From an uncultured Terriglobus sp. (lineage in GTDB: Bacteria > Acidobacteriota > Terriglobia > Terriglobales > Acidobacteriaceae), in assembly GCA_964245655.1 (NCBI GenBank), contig CAXTNL010000003.1, positions 1 through 56,568 of the forward strand: a stretch of 56,568 bases of DNA, written 5' to 3'. The translations under genes were made by a program, and so were the position numbers. The notes beneath the pieces are model-generated. The model did not search any database. It was not told where the DNA came from and saw only the letters and a program-made list of their open reading frames with translations. Numbering within the stretch: position 1 is the first letter of the stretch; every line of letters starts with the position of its first letter. Of this stretch, positions 26,792 through 34,884 are shown piece after piece.

Positions 26792-28947
26792 TGATGAGGT
26801 TAGTGATCTACACGCTGCTGCTTGCACTGCCTGCGGGTGCACAGCAGGTCGGCACCAATGCGGTGCAGGGCAAGGACTCTACCTACACGCTGAGCGTCAA
26901 GTCGCAGCTGGTCACCGAGACCGTTATTGTCAAGGACAAGCAGGGCAAATTCATCCCCGGCCTGAAAGCAGACGACTTCACCGTAACGGAGGACGGTGCA
27001 CCGCAGAAGATCCGGGTCTTTGAACATGAATCGCTGCCGGTGGACGCGCAGCCGTTGCCGCCCAGCTCCCGTGACGACGAGCAGATCAAAATCTACAAGC
27101 GGCTGGCCAGCACCTCCTTTGCCGCCGAGGGCGACAAACACCAGTACAAGAATCGGCGCTTGCTGGCCTTTTACTTTGACATGACGGCCATGCATCCAGA
27201 TGACCAGCTGCGTGCGCTTGCCGCTGCGGAAAAGTTTGTGCGCACACAGATGACCGAGGCCGACATGGTGTCCATCCTGCGCTATGGGGGCGGTGCCGTA
27301 GATGTTCTGCTGGACTTTACCGCCGACCGCAATCGATTGCTGTCCATCCTGGAGACGCTGGTGGTGGGCGAGGGGCAGGGTTCGGCAGAGGGTGTGGACG
27401 ACAGCAGCAGTGCCGACACCGGCGCGGCCTTTGGCCAGGACTCGGGTGAGTTCAACATCTTCAACACCGATCGCCAGCTTTCCGCTCTGCAGACTGCCGC
27501 GCACATGCTCGGGCAAATGAATGAGAAAAAGGTGCTGCTCTACTTTGCCAGCGGCCTGCGCCTGAACGGCAGTGACAATCAGGCGCAGCTACGCGCCACG
27601 GTCGATGCGGCTGTGCGCTCCGGCGTGTCATTCTGGCCGGTAGACGCGCGGGGTCTGGTAGCAGAGGCACCGCTGGGCGATGCGACGCAGGGTTCGCCCG
27701 GCGGACAGTCCGTTTACAACGGCACGGCGGCGCAGGCGGGCAACGACCGTTTCCAGCAATCGCAGGACACGCTGTACGCGCTGGCCGCGGATACCGGCGG
27801 CAAGGCATTTTTCGACAATAACGACCTCGCACAGGGCATAGTTCGCGCGCAAAAAGCTGTTTCTGACTACTATTTGATTGGTTATTACACGACAAATACC
27901 GCTCAAAACGGTCACTTTCGCAAGGTAAACATCACGGTTTCTGCTGTTCAAAACGCCAGTTTGGACTACCGGCAGGGCTACTTCGCAGGCAAGGAATTCG
28001 GCAAATTCAATGGCACGGAAAAGGAACGTCAACTGGAGGACGCCCTGATGCTGGGTGACCCGGTAACAGACCTAACCATCGCCATGGAAGTGAACTACTT
28101 CCAGCTGAACCGCGCGGAATACTTTGTTCCGATCACGGTCAAGATCCCCGGCCGCGAACTGGCCCTGGCCAAGCGCTTCGGCAACGAGCACACCATGATC
28201 GACTTTGTCTGCGAAATCAAGGACGAGGTGGGCGGCACCACCGTAACCAACCTGCGCGACAGCGTGGATGTGAAGCTGAGTGACGCCACCGCGGTTCAGC
28301 TTGCGCAACGCCCCGTGGAGTACAGCACCGGCTTTACCCTGCTGCCTGGACGGTACAACGTCAAGTTCCTGGCTCGCGACAATGAGACTGGCCGCATCGG
28401 CACCTACCAGACCAGCTTCGTCATTCCCAATCTAAACAAGGAAACCAAGCGCCTGCCGATCAGTTCCGTGGTGCTCAGCAGTCAACGCGTGGACACGCGC
28501 CAGGCTCTGTTCAACACCATGAAAGGCAAGGAGCAGGCAAAGAACGACGCCATGGATCCGCTGGTGAACGGCGATGGCAAACTCATCCCAAGCGTGACCC
28601 GCACCTTTCACCTGGACCGGCCCATGGAGGTGTACCTGCAAGCCTACGTGGGCAGCGCCGCTACTCCTTCGACGGCCGCAGCGGCCTCCAGTGTGGCACC
28701 GCAGGCCGCGAGTGCAAAACCCTTGGTGGCCTACGTGGATTTCTTTCAGGCGGGCAGCAAGCGGGTAGAGACGCGTCCCGTACAGGCGGTGACCCTTGCG
28801 GCAAGCCGTCTGGGCATCACGCCAGTCAACATCAAGGTCACGCTGAACGGCCTGCAGGCGGGTGAGTATCAGTGCCAGGTCACCGTGCTGGACGCGGCCG
28901 GCAGTCGCGCTGCTTTTTGGCAGGGTCCAGTCATGCTGCTGCAGTAA
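26791..28947 (+). CDS. Acidobacterial VWA-related protein (TIGR03436-like)
   Basis: VKDKQGKFIPGLKADDFTVTEDG, FYFDMTAM, LLDFTADR, PVDARGL, LAADTGGKAFFDNNDL, YYLIGYY, YRQGYF. The ATG overlaps the upstream TGA. Confidence 0.87.
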   Translation: MMRLVIYTLLLALPAGAQQVGTNAVQGKDSTYTLSVKSQLVTETVIVKDKQGKFIPGLKADDFTVTEDGAPQKIRVFEHESLPVDAQPLPPSSRDDEQIKIYKRLASTSFAAEGDKHQYKNRRLLAFYFDMTAMHPDDQLRALAAAEKFVRTQMTEADMVSILRYGGGAVDVLLDFTADRNRLLSILETLVVGEGQGSAEGVDDSSSADTGAAFGQDSGEFNIFNTDRQLSALQTAAHMLGQMNEKKVLLYFASGLRLNGSDNQAQLRATVDAAVRSGVSFWPVDARGLVAEAPLGDATQGSPGGQSVYNGTAAQAGNDRFQQSQDTLYALAADTGGKAFFDNNDLAQGIVRAQKAVSDYYLIGYYTTNTAQNGHFRKVNITVSAVQNASLDYRQGYFAGKEFGKFNGTEKERQLEDALMLGDPVTDLTIAMEVNYFQLNRAEYFVPITVKIPGRELALAKRFGNEHTMIDFVCEIKDEVGGTTVTNLRDSVDVKLSDATAVQLAQRPVEYSTGFTLLPGRYNVKFLARDNETGRIGTYQTSFVIPNLNKETKRLPISSVVLSSQRVDTRQALFNTMKGKEQAKNDAMDPLVNGDGKLIPSVTRTFHLDRPMEVYLQAYVGSAATPSTAAAASSVAPQAASAKPLVAYVDFFQAGSKRVETRPVQAVTLAASRLGITPVNIKVTLNGLQAGEYQCQVTVLDAAGSRAAFWQGPVMLLQ

Positions 28948-29028
28948 AGTTCGGATGGCTGTCGCTGCTCTCACGAGCGGTCGAGTCTGGAGAGCCTTTC
29001 GTTTTCAAACCTACTGCATGTTGTGGTG

Positions 29029-29066
29029 GCTCCCTGCGCATAGCTCTGGTCTGTCGCGCAGGGAGC
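29029..29066. terminator. Stem-loop between convergent genes (terminator or 3' stabiliser)
   Basis: GCTCCCTGCGC-N16-GCGCAGGGAGC, an 11-bp stem about 10 nt beyond the receptor stop. There is no clear U-tract. Confidence 0.5.
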
Positions 29067-29075
29067 AACACAGGG

Positions 29076-32000
29076 TTAGAAGATCAGCTTCAAACCGAAC
29101 TGCACAATGCGCGGATCGAGCGTGCTGGTGATCTGACCGCCAGTCAGCGTGGCACCGCTGGCAGCAACACCACCCGCCGTGGAGAAGTTGGCGTGGTTGA
29201 AGATGTTGTACAGTTCGCCGCGGAACTCCACATTCAGCCGTTCCACGGGCGTGGTGAATCGCTTGTTGAGCGCCAGGTTCAACGTGTTGATGTTGGGCGT
29301 GCGGCCTGCATTGCGTGCCAGATTACCGAACGGCGTGGCCGTTGGAATAGCGAGGACGGGACCGCTGGCCGGGGTGTAGGTACCGATGTTCAGGTACTGC
29401 AACGCGGTCCGCGTGGAGCGGCTCTTGTCCAGCGTGTACAGCGGTGCAGCGGTGTTCACGCGATTCGGCCGGTAGATATTGCCGCCGCGATAGTTGGGCA
29501 CGCTGGTGGCCGTCACCTGCAACTGGGCAACGGGCGTGTCCGTGATGTTGAATTGAAAACCGCTTGCAGCCGTGTTGATGGCTGAAAGCTGCCACTGGCC
29601 CAGCACCTGATTCACAATGCCGCCTGTGTTCAGGAACTGCCTTCCCTGTCCGAACGGCAAGTCGTACACCAGGCTGGTTACGTTATAGAGCGGCTGGTTG
29701 TAATCACTGTTGCCGTAGTCGCCGCGCAGGTTACGAATGTCCTGCGGCGCGGGCGTGGCGCTCTCCAGTGACGCACCCGCGTTGTCCAGCGCATGGCCAT
29801 AGGTAAAGCTGTTGAGCAGCGTCAGACCCGCCACCATCTGCTGCTCGTACTTGACCTGCACTGAGTCATAGTGCGAGTAGGCTTCGCGGATGGGATACGT
29901 GATGTCGCCGAACGCAGGCAGCGGGCGCGCAAAGTTGTTATTGGGATCCTTCTGGTTGTAGTTGGCCAACTGCAGCAGTTTCAACCCGTGATTGCCGACG
30001 TAGGCTGCGTCGAACAGGCCATTCTTGAACAGGCCGCGCTGCACGCTCAGGTAGTAGCTCTCCACGTAGCTGTCGCGGTAGCGTTTGCCGTCGATGTAGC
30101 TGGGGTTCGCCGTAATTGGGTTGAATGTGAGCGTGCCTGAAGGGAACCCTGTATCGAAGCGGGTATACGTCGCTGCATTGCCGCCAGCGGCCGGCGCTAC
30201 CTGCGAGGTGTTGACAAACAACGCATTGGGCGGATTGATGGCCAGCACATTCCCTGAACCCGCGCGGTCATAATGCGAAAAGCTGATGCCGAAACCGCCG
30301 CGGACCGCTGTCTTTGCGTCTGGCGCGAACGAGAATCCGAAGCGCGGTGCCAGGTTGTTGAAGTCTGGGCTAAAGCCATACTTGTTGCCATTGCTCGCCG
30401 GAACGAAAGCAGCAATCGCATTAACGCCGGTTTGTGCTGCTGCCGACGTGGGATCGAAATTGGTCAGCCGGTTCTGCGCGTCGGAGTAGGGAGAAACATA
30501 CTCATAGCGCAGGCCGATGTTCAAGGTCAGGTTTTGCGACACCTTCCAGTCGTCCTGCACATAGGCAAAGCTGCCGTTGGTGCGCAGTTTGGCGACGAAG
30601 TAGCTGGAAAGCGAGTACACGCTGGAGGCGCCAAAGAGAAAGTCTGCGACGTAGTTATCGCTGGTGGCCGTGCTTTGCGCGACGCCGTTGCGAAAGCGCG
30701 AGAACCCGCCGCCAAAGGTAAAGCCTCCGTACAGCGGGTTGGTATCCTGCACATCCATCCACACCTTCTGGAACTCATAACCAACTTTGATGGAATGGTT
30801 ACCGCGCAGCATGGAGTAGTTGATCTTGGGGTCTAAGACAGCAGGGTTCTGAAACTGCGGATTGGTTGTCTGGCGGCCCAGGGCGCTAAAGCCGGTGATG
30901 CCGAGGCCCGGAATGCCGCCCGCCACGGTTGGGTCTGTAGGCAGGCCAGGAAAGATGAAGCCTGGATTCGTGCCGATGCTGGTGGAGAACTTACCTGCCT
31001 TGGTCTTGGAGAACGCTACGCGCACATCAAGCAGCTGATTTGCGCCAATGATGCGCGTGTACCCGCCGGCCAACTGCTGGTCCAAAATGCGTTGGTTGCC
31101 ATTGCTGTTGCCGTCCAGCGGCAGACCGAAGATGGGCGCGTCCAGGGCGTTGGTTTTGAGTTGCGATACACGCACAAAGACACTGTTGCGCGGATTGATG
31201 GTGTAGTCCAGCCGCAGGTCGCCCTTGTCGCCCTTGTTGGTGGAGCGCTGCAGCGTGGTGAAGTTGTTGACCAGTGCGGTACCGGGATTCAGTTTGGCAA
31301 TGTCACCCGCGATAATGCGCGCAAATGGGGAGATGTTGGGCGAGGTCAGAATCGACGTGCCCATTGCATATGCCGTGCTGTTGTACGGGTCGTAAATCGT
31401 TTTGCCGAACACGCCTGTTAGCTGGGCGGGCGTGGGCAGCGTGGCGCTGCTGACCTGCTTGCGCGCCTGGCGCAGACCCTCGTAATCGAGAAAATAGAAG
31501 AAGCGGTTGCGCAGGATGGGGCCGCCAATGTTGCCGCCAAACTGGTTGCGGTTGAACTGCGGCTTGGCACCGCCGGGCGGCGCAAAGAAGCCGATGGCGT
31601 TCAGGTCGGTGTTGCGAATGAACTCGTACACGCGGCCATGCAGGGTGTTGGTGCCCTGTGCGCTGGCCACGTTGATGGTGGCACCGCTGGCCCGGCCATA
31701 CTCGGCGCTTTCGTTGTTCGTTACCACCTGGAAGGCAGCCACGGAGTCCGGGGCAGTCTGGATGATCTGGTTGCTGAAGCCCTGGTTCGATTCGCCGTAG
31801 GCGTTGTTGTCCATGCCGTCGAGCAGGTAGTTGTTAAACATGGAGCGCTGGCCGTTGACGTTGAACGAGCCTTCGCGCACCAGGCCGGTGTTGCTGGTGG
31901 TGGTGACGCCGTTGGCGGTCTGGCGCACACCGGGCGCCAGGCCCACCAGATCGCTGTAATTGCGGCTCACCAGCGGTAGACCTTCCGTCTGGTACTGCGT

Positions 32001-32417
32001 CACCGTTTCGCCACGCTGGCTCTCGTCGGTTTCCACCTTGAGCGCTACGTCAGACACCTCCATCGTGGTAGTCGCCTCGCCCACATTCAGCTGCAGGTCC
32101 ACGCGCTGGCGCGCCGCAACTGAGACTGTGATGTTGGAGGCCGTGGCCGCAGCAAAGCCTGGGTGCGTGATGGTGACGTCGTACTGCCCCACACGAAGGG
32201 CGGGCACCTCATAATCGCCTGTGCTGTCGCTCTGGCGAGTGCTGACCACACCGGTAGCGCGGTTGGTGACGGTCACGGTCGCATCGGCCACCACCGCACC
32301 GGAACTGTCGCGGACCGTGCCGACGACGCTGCCATTTTCGTACTGCGCCAGGGCGGGTAGGGTAGCCGAGACGCACGCGGTCGCCAGCAGGATGTTACGC
32401 AGGTTCTTGGGAGCCAT
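29076..32417 (-). CDS. Oar-like TonB-dependent receptor
   Basis: Signal peptide, GTVRDSSGAVV, LPLVSRNY, YLLDGMDNN, SAEYGRASGA, QDDWKVS, C-terminal KLIF. Confidence 0.9.
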   Translation of the reverse strand: MAPKNLRNILLATACVSATLPALAQYENGSVVGTVRDSSGAVVADATVTVTNRATGVVSTRQSDSTGDYEVPALRVGQYDVTITHPGFAAATASNITVSVAARQRVDLQLNVGEATTTMEVSDVALKVETDESQRGETVTQYQTEGLPLVSRNYSDLVGLAPGVRQTANGVTTTSNTGLVREGSFNVNGQRSMFNNYLLDGMDNNAYGESNQGFSNQIIQTAPDSVAAFQVVTNNESAEYGRASGATINVASAQGTNTLHGRVYEFIRNTDLNAIGFFAPPGGAKPQFNRNQFGGNIGGPILRNRFFYFLDYEGLRQARKQVSSATLPTPAQLTGVFGKTIYDPYNSTAYAMGTSILTSPNISPFARIIAGDIAKLNPGTALVNNFTTLQRSTNKGDKGDLRLDYTINPRNSVFVRVSQLKTNALDAPIFGLPLDGNSNGNQRILDQQLAGGYTRIIGANQLLDVRVAFSKTKAGKFSTSIGTNPGFIFPGLPTDPTVAGGIPGLGITGFSALGRQTTNPQFQNPAVLDPKINYSMLRGNHSIKVGYEFQKVWMDVQDTNPLYGGFTFGGGFSRFRNGVAQSTATSDNYVADFLFGASSVYSLSSYFVAKLRTNGSFAYVQDDWKVSQNLTLNIGLRYEYVSPYSDAQNRLTNFDPTSAAAQTGVNAIAAFVPASNGNKYGFSPDFNNLAPRFGFSFAPDAKTAVRGGFGISFSHYDRAGSGNVLAINPPNALFVNTSQVAPAAGGNAATYTRFDTGFPSGTLTFNPITANPSYIDGKRYRDSYVESYYLSVQRGLFKNGLFDAAYVGNHGLKLLQLANYNQKDPNNNFARPLPAFGDITYPIREAYSHYDSVQVKYEQQMVAGLTLLNSFTYGHALDNAGASLESATPAPQDIRNLRGDYGNSDYNQPLYNVTSLVYDLPFGQGRQFLNTGGIVNQVLGQWQLSAINTAASGFQFNITDTPVAQLQVTATSVPNYRGGNIYRPNRVNTAAPLYTLDKSRSTRTALQYLNIGTYTPASGPVLAIPTATPFGNLARNAGRTPNINTLNLALNKRFTTPVERLNVEFRGELYNIFNHANFSTAGGVAASGATLTGGQITSTLDPRIVQFGLKLIF

Positions 32418-32424
32418 GTGCACC

Positions 32425-32458
32425 AAAGTAGAGGGTGTACATGACATTGCGGTAAATC
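32425..32458 (-). promoter_or_regulatory. Pho-box-like promoter, probably leaderless
   Basis: The minus strand reads GATTTAC-cgca-ATGTCAT-N10-TACTTT-N7-ATG(32417). Confidence 0.5.
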
Positions 32459-32580
32459 GGTAAGCGGCACCCGTTATTTTTGGTCGGCAGCAGTGCTCGG
32501 CAAAGCGGTAATACGGACCTGCCGCACTGCATGCATTGCGCGGCCTCCCACGGGTAAACTAAATAGAGACGGTCCATGCC

Positions 32581-33930
32581 GTGACGACTCACCTCGATAG
32601 GCGGGGGAGTCAGCCGACGGCGGCAGGAGAAGCTGTGCCACTCACAATGGAAAGCGCACCCCTCGTTACCATCGATCTCTCAGCGCCGGGAGCCGGGCCG
32701 CAAACCTGTTCCGCAGGCCTGGCCGATGCACCGTGGGAGCATGACGCGGAAGTGGGCTATGGCCCCGGGGCCTCTGCGGCCGACTTGATTCCTGCGGCAG
32801 CCCCCCGGCAAGGGACGCTGCCCCTGGAATACCGCCGTGCTTCGGCTGCGGAACTGGACAGACGCATCCGCGCTGCCCGGCAGACGCTGGGTTCCCGAGT
32901 CGTGTTGCTGGGGCATTTTTACCAGCGAGACGAGATCGTACAGTACGCCGACTTTGTCGGAGACAGCTTTCAGTTGGCGCAGGTCGCGCTGACCAAGCCG
33001 GCGGCAGAGGCGATTGTGTTTTGCGGCGTGCACTTCATGGCTGAAACGGCAGACATACTCACCCGCGCGGACCAGGCCGTCATTCTGCCGAACCTGGCTG
33101 CGGGTTGCAGCATGGCCGATATGGCCGACATCGATACGGTCGAGGACTGCTGGGAGCAGCTTTCCGCGCTGTATGGTGACGCGCCGGATGCCAGCGGCAA
33201 AGCGCCGGTGTTGCCTGTCACCTACATGAACTCTGCCGCCGACCTGAAGGCGTTCTGTGGAGAGCGCATGGGCGTCGTCTGCACCTCGTCCAACGCAGAC
33301 CGTGTGTTGCGCTGGGCGCTGGATCGAGGCGAGCGTGTGCTGTTCTTTCCAGACCAGCACCTGGGTCGCAACACGGGCAAACTGTTGGGCATTCCTCACG
33401 AGCAGATGGTCGTTTGGCACCCTGACCAGCCGCTGGGCGGCAACAGCCCGGAAGCGCTCATGCGCGCGAAGCTCATCCTTTGGCACGGCTTCTGCTCTGT
33501 TCACAAGCGGTTCACCGTGGATCAGATACGGCTGGCCCGTCACCGGCACCCGGACGTCCGTGTGATTGTGCATCCTGAATGCACAATGGAGGTGGTCGAT
33601 GCCGCCGACGAGGCCGGTTCGACGGACTACATTCGGAAGGCTGTTGCGGCGGCGGCGGAGCCCACCACCTTCGCTATCGGCACAGAGATCAACCTGGTAC
33701 AGCGCTTGGCAAAGGAGTACCCGCAGCACACGATCTTCTGTTTGGACTCCATTGTCTGCCCGTGCTCCACCATGTATCGCATCCACCCGAGCTACCTGGC
33801 GTGGGTGCTGGAGTCCCTGGTCGACGGCCAAATTGTAAATCGGATCACAGTGCCGGAGGCGATTGCCGCACCCGCGCGGCTGGCACTGGAACGTATGCTG
33901 GCGCTTGCGCCCAAGCCCGTGGTGCAGTAG
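32581..33930 (+). CDS. nadA: Quinolinate synthase
   Basis: LGHFYQRDE, GDSFQLA, FCGVHFMAETA, three Fe-S cysteines (AGCSMA, GFCSVH, CPCSTM), TYMNS, VHPEC. The start could be ATG 32648. Confidence 0.95.
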   Translation: MTTHLDRRGSQPTAAGEAVPLTMESAPLVTIDLSAPGAGPQTCSAGLADAPWEHDAEVGYGPGASAADLIPAAAPRQGTLPLEYRRASAAELDRRIRAARQTLGSRVVLLGHFYQRDEIVQYADFVGDSFQLAQVALTKPAAEAIVFCGVHFMAETADILTRADQAVILPNLAAGCSMADMADIDTVEDCWEQLSALYGDAPDASGKAPVLPVTYMNSAADLKAFCGERMGVVCTSSNADRVLRWALDRGERVLFFPDQHLGRNTGKLLGIPHEQMVVWHPDQPLGGNSPEALMRAKLILWHGFCSVHKRFTVDQIRLARHRHPDVRVIVHPECTMEVVDAADEAGSTDYIRKAVAAAAEPTTFAIGTEINLVQRLAKEYPQHTIFCLDSIVCPCSTMYRIHPSYLAWVLESLVDGQIVNRITVPEAIAAPARLALERMLALAPKPVVQ

Positions 33931-33941
33931 CTGTGGAGCCA

Positions 33942-34796
33942 ATGCAGCGTCCTTCTGCTTCCACCCTGTTGCCCTTTGTCCGCATGGCCCTGGCCGAAGA
34001 CGCGCCCTGGGGAGACCTGACGTCAGAGACGCTTGTGCCTGCAGATACGCAGAGTGTCGCCCACCTCTGTGCTCGTGAGCCGGGTGTGTTTTGCGGCGAG
34101 GACATGTTCCGTCTGACCATGCAGCAGGAGGGCGACGTTGCGGTGGACGTCTTCTGCCGCGACGGCCAGCGGTTTGAGGCAGGCGACACCCTTGCGACCG
34201 CATCAGGCAGCGCGCGAGCAATTCTGCGCGCCGAGCGTGTGGCCCTCAACTTCACGCAGCGCCTGTCTGCCATTGCCACAGAGACAGCGCGGTATATCGC
34301 CGCTGCTGCGGGTACCTGCGCACGCATCGTGGACACGCGCAAGACTACCCCAGGCCTGCGTTTGCTGGAGCGCTACGCGGTGCGCTGCGGCGGCGGCCAC
34401 AACCATCGCTTTTCACTCTCCGATGCCGTTCTGGTGAAAGACAATCATCTTGCTGCCATCGAAGGCGATATCACCGAGGCGCTGCTCGCCATGAAAGCCC
34501 GGCTGCCGCATACCACCCATGTTGAAGTTGAGGTCGACCGGATCGATCAGCTGGAACCGGTGCTGGCTGCAGGTGTGGATACGGTGCTGCTGGACAACTT
34601 TTCGCTGGACGATCTGCAGACCGCTGTGGGCCAGATTCGGGGGCGTGCGCTGACGGAGGCGAGTGGCAACGTCCGGCTCGATCGCATCCCGGCAATCGCG
34701 GCAACTGGCGTTGACCTCATCAGCGTCGGTGCCCTCACCCACAGTGTTCGCGCACTCGATCTAGGTCTGGATTTTCATATCGCGCGTCAGCTGTAG
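33942..34796 (+). CDS. nadC: Nicotinate-nucleotide pyrophosphorylase (quinolinate phosphoribosyltransferase)
   Basis: ERVALNF, DTRKTTPGLR, HNHRFSLSD, KDNH, EVEVD, LLDNF, EASG, ISVGALTHS. Confidence 0.95.
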   Translation: MQRPSASTLLPFVRMALAEDAPWGDLTSETLVPADTQSVAHLCAREPGVFCGEDMFRLTMQQEGDVAVDVFCRDGQRFEAGDTLATASGSARAILRAERVALNFTQRLSAIATETARYIAAAAGTCARIVDTRKTTPGLRLLERYAVRCGGGHNHRFSLSDAVLVKDNHLAAIEGDITEALLAMKARLPHTTHVEVEVDRIDQLEPVLAAGVDTVLLDNFSLDDLQTAVGQIRGRALTEASGNVRLDRIPAIAATGVDLISVGALTHSVRALDLGLDFHIARQL

Positions 34797-34833
34797 GTTG
34801 GTTTACTTCCACTCCTGAAGCCGGTACGCAGAA

Positions 34834-34878
34834 ATGTCATCGGGTTGAAACAGTCTGTTCACGTAACCGCACTAGGTT
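34834..34878 (+). promoter_or_regulatory. Pho-box-like promoter, probably leaderless
   Basis: ATGTCAT-cggg-TTGAAAC-agtc-TGTTCAC (11-bp period), then N10-TAGGTT-N6-ATG(34885). Confidence 0.55.
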
Positions 34879-34884
34879 GACGCT

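Noticed and set aside
33579-33941. Apparent long N-terminal extension of nadC, and similar extensions on cobO, dnaE2, hscB and the VWA gene
   Set aside because: These overlap upstream genes in another frame; downstream starts fit family lengths and RBS or coupling better.
32680-34221. 513-aa ORF on the minus strand
   Set aside because: Antisense shadow of nadA-nadC with no recognisable domain.
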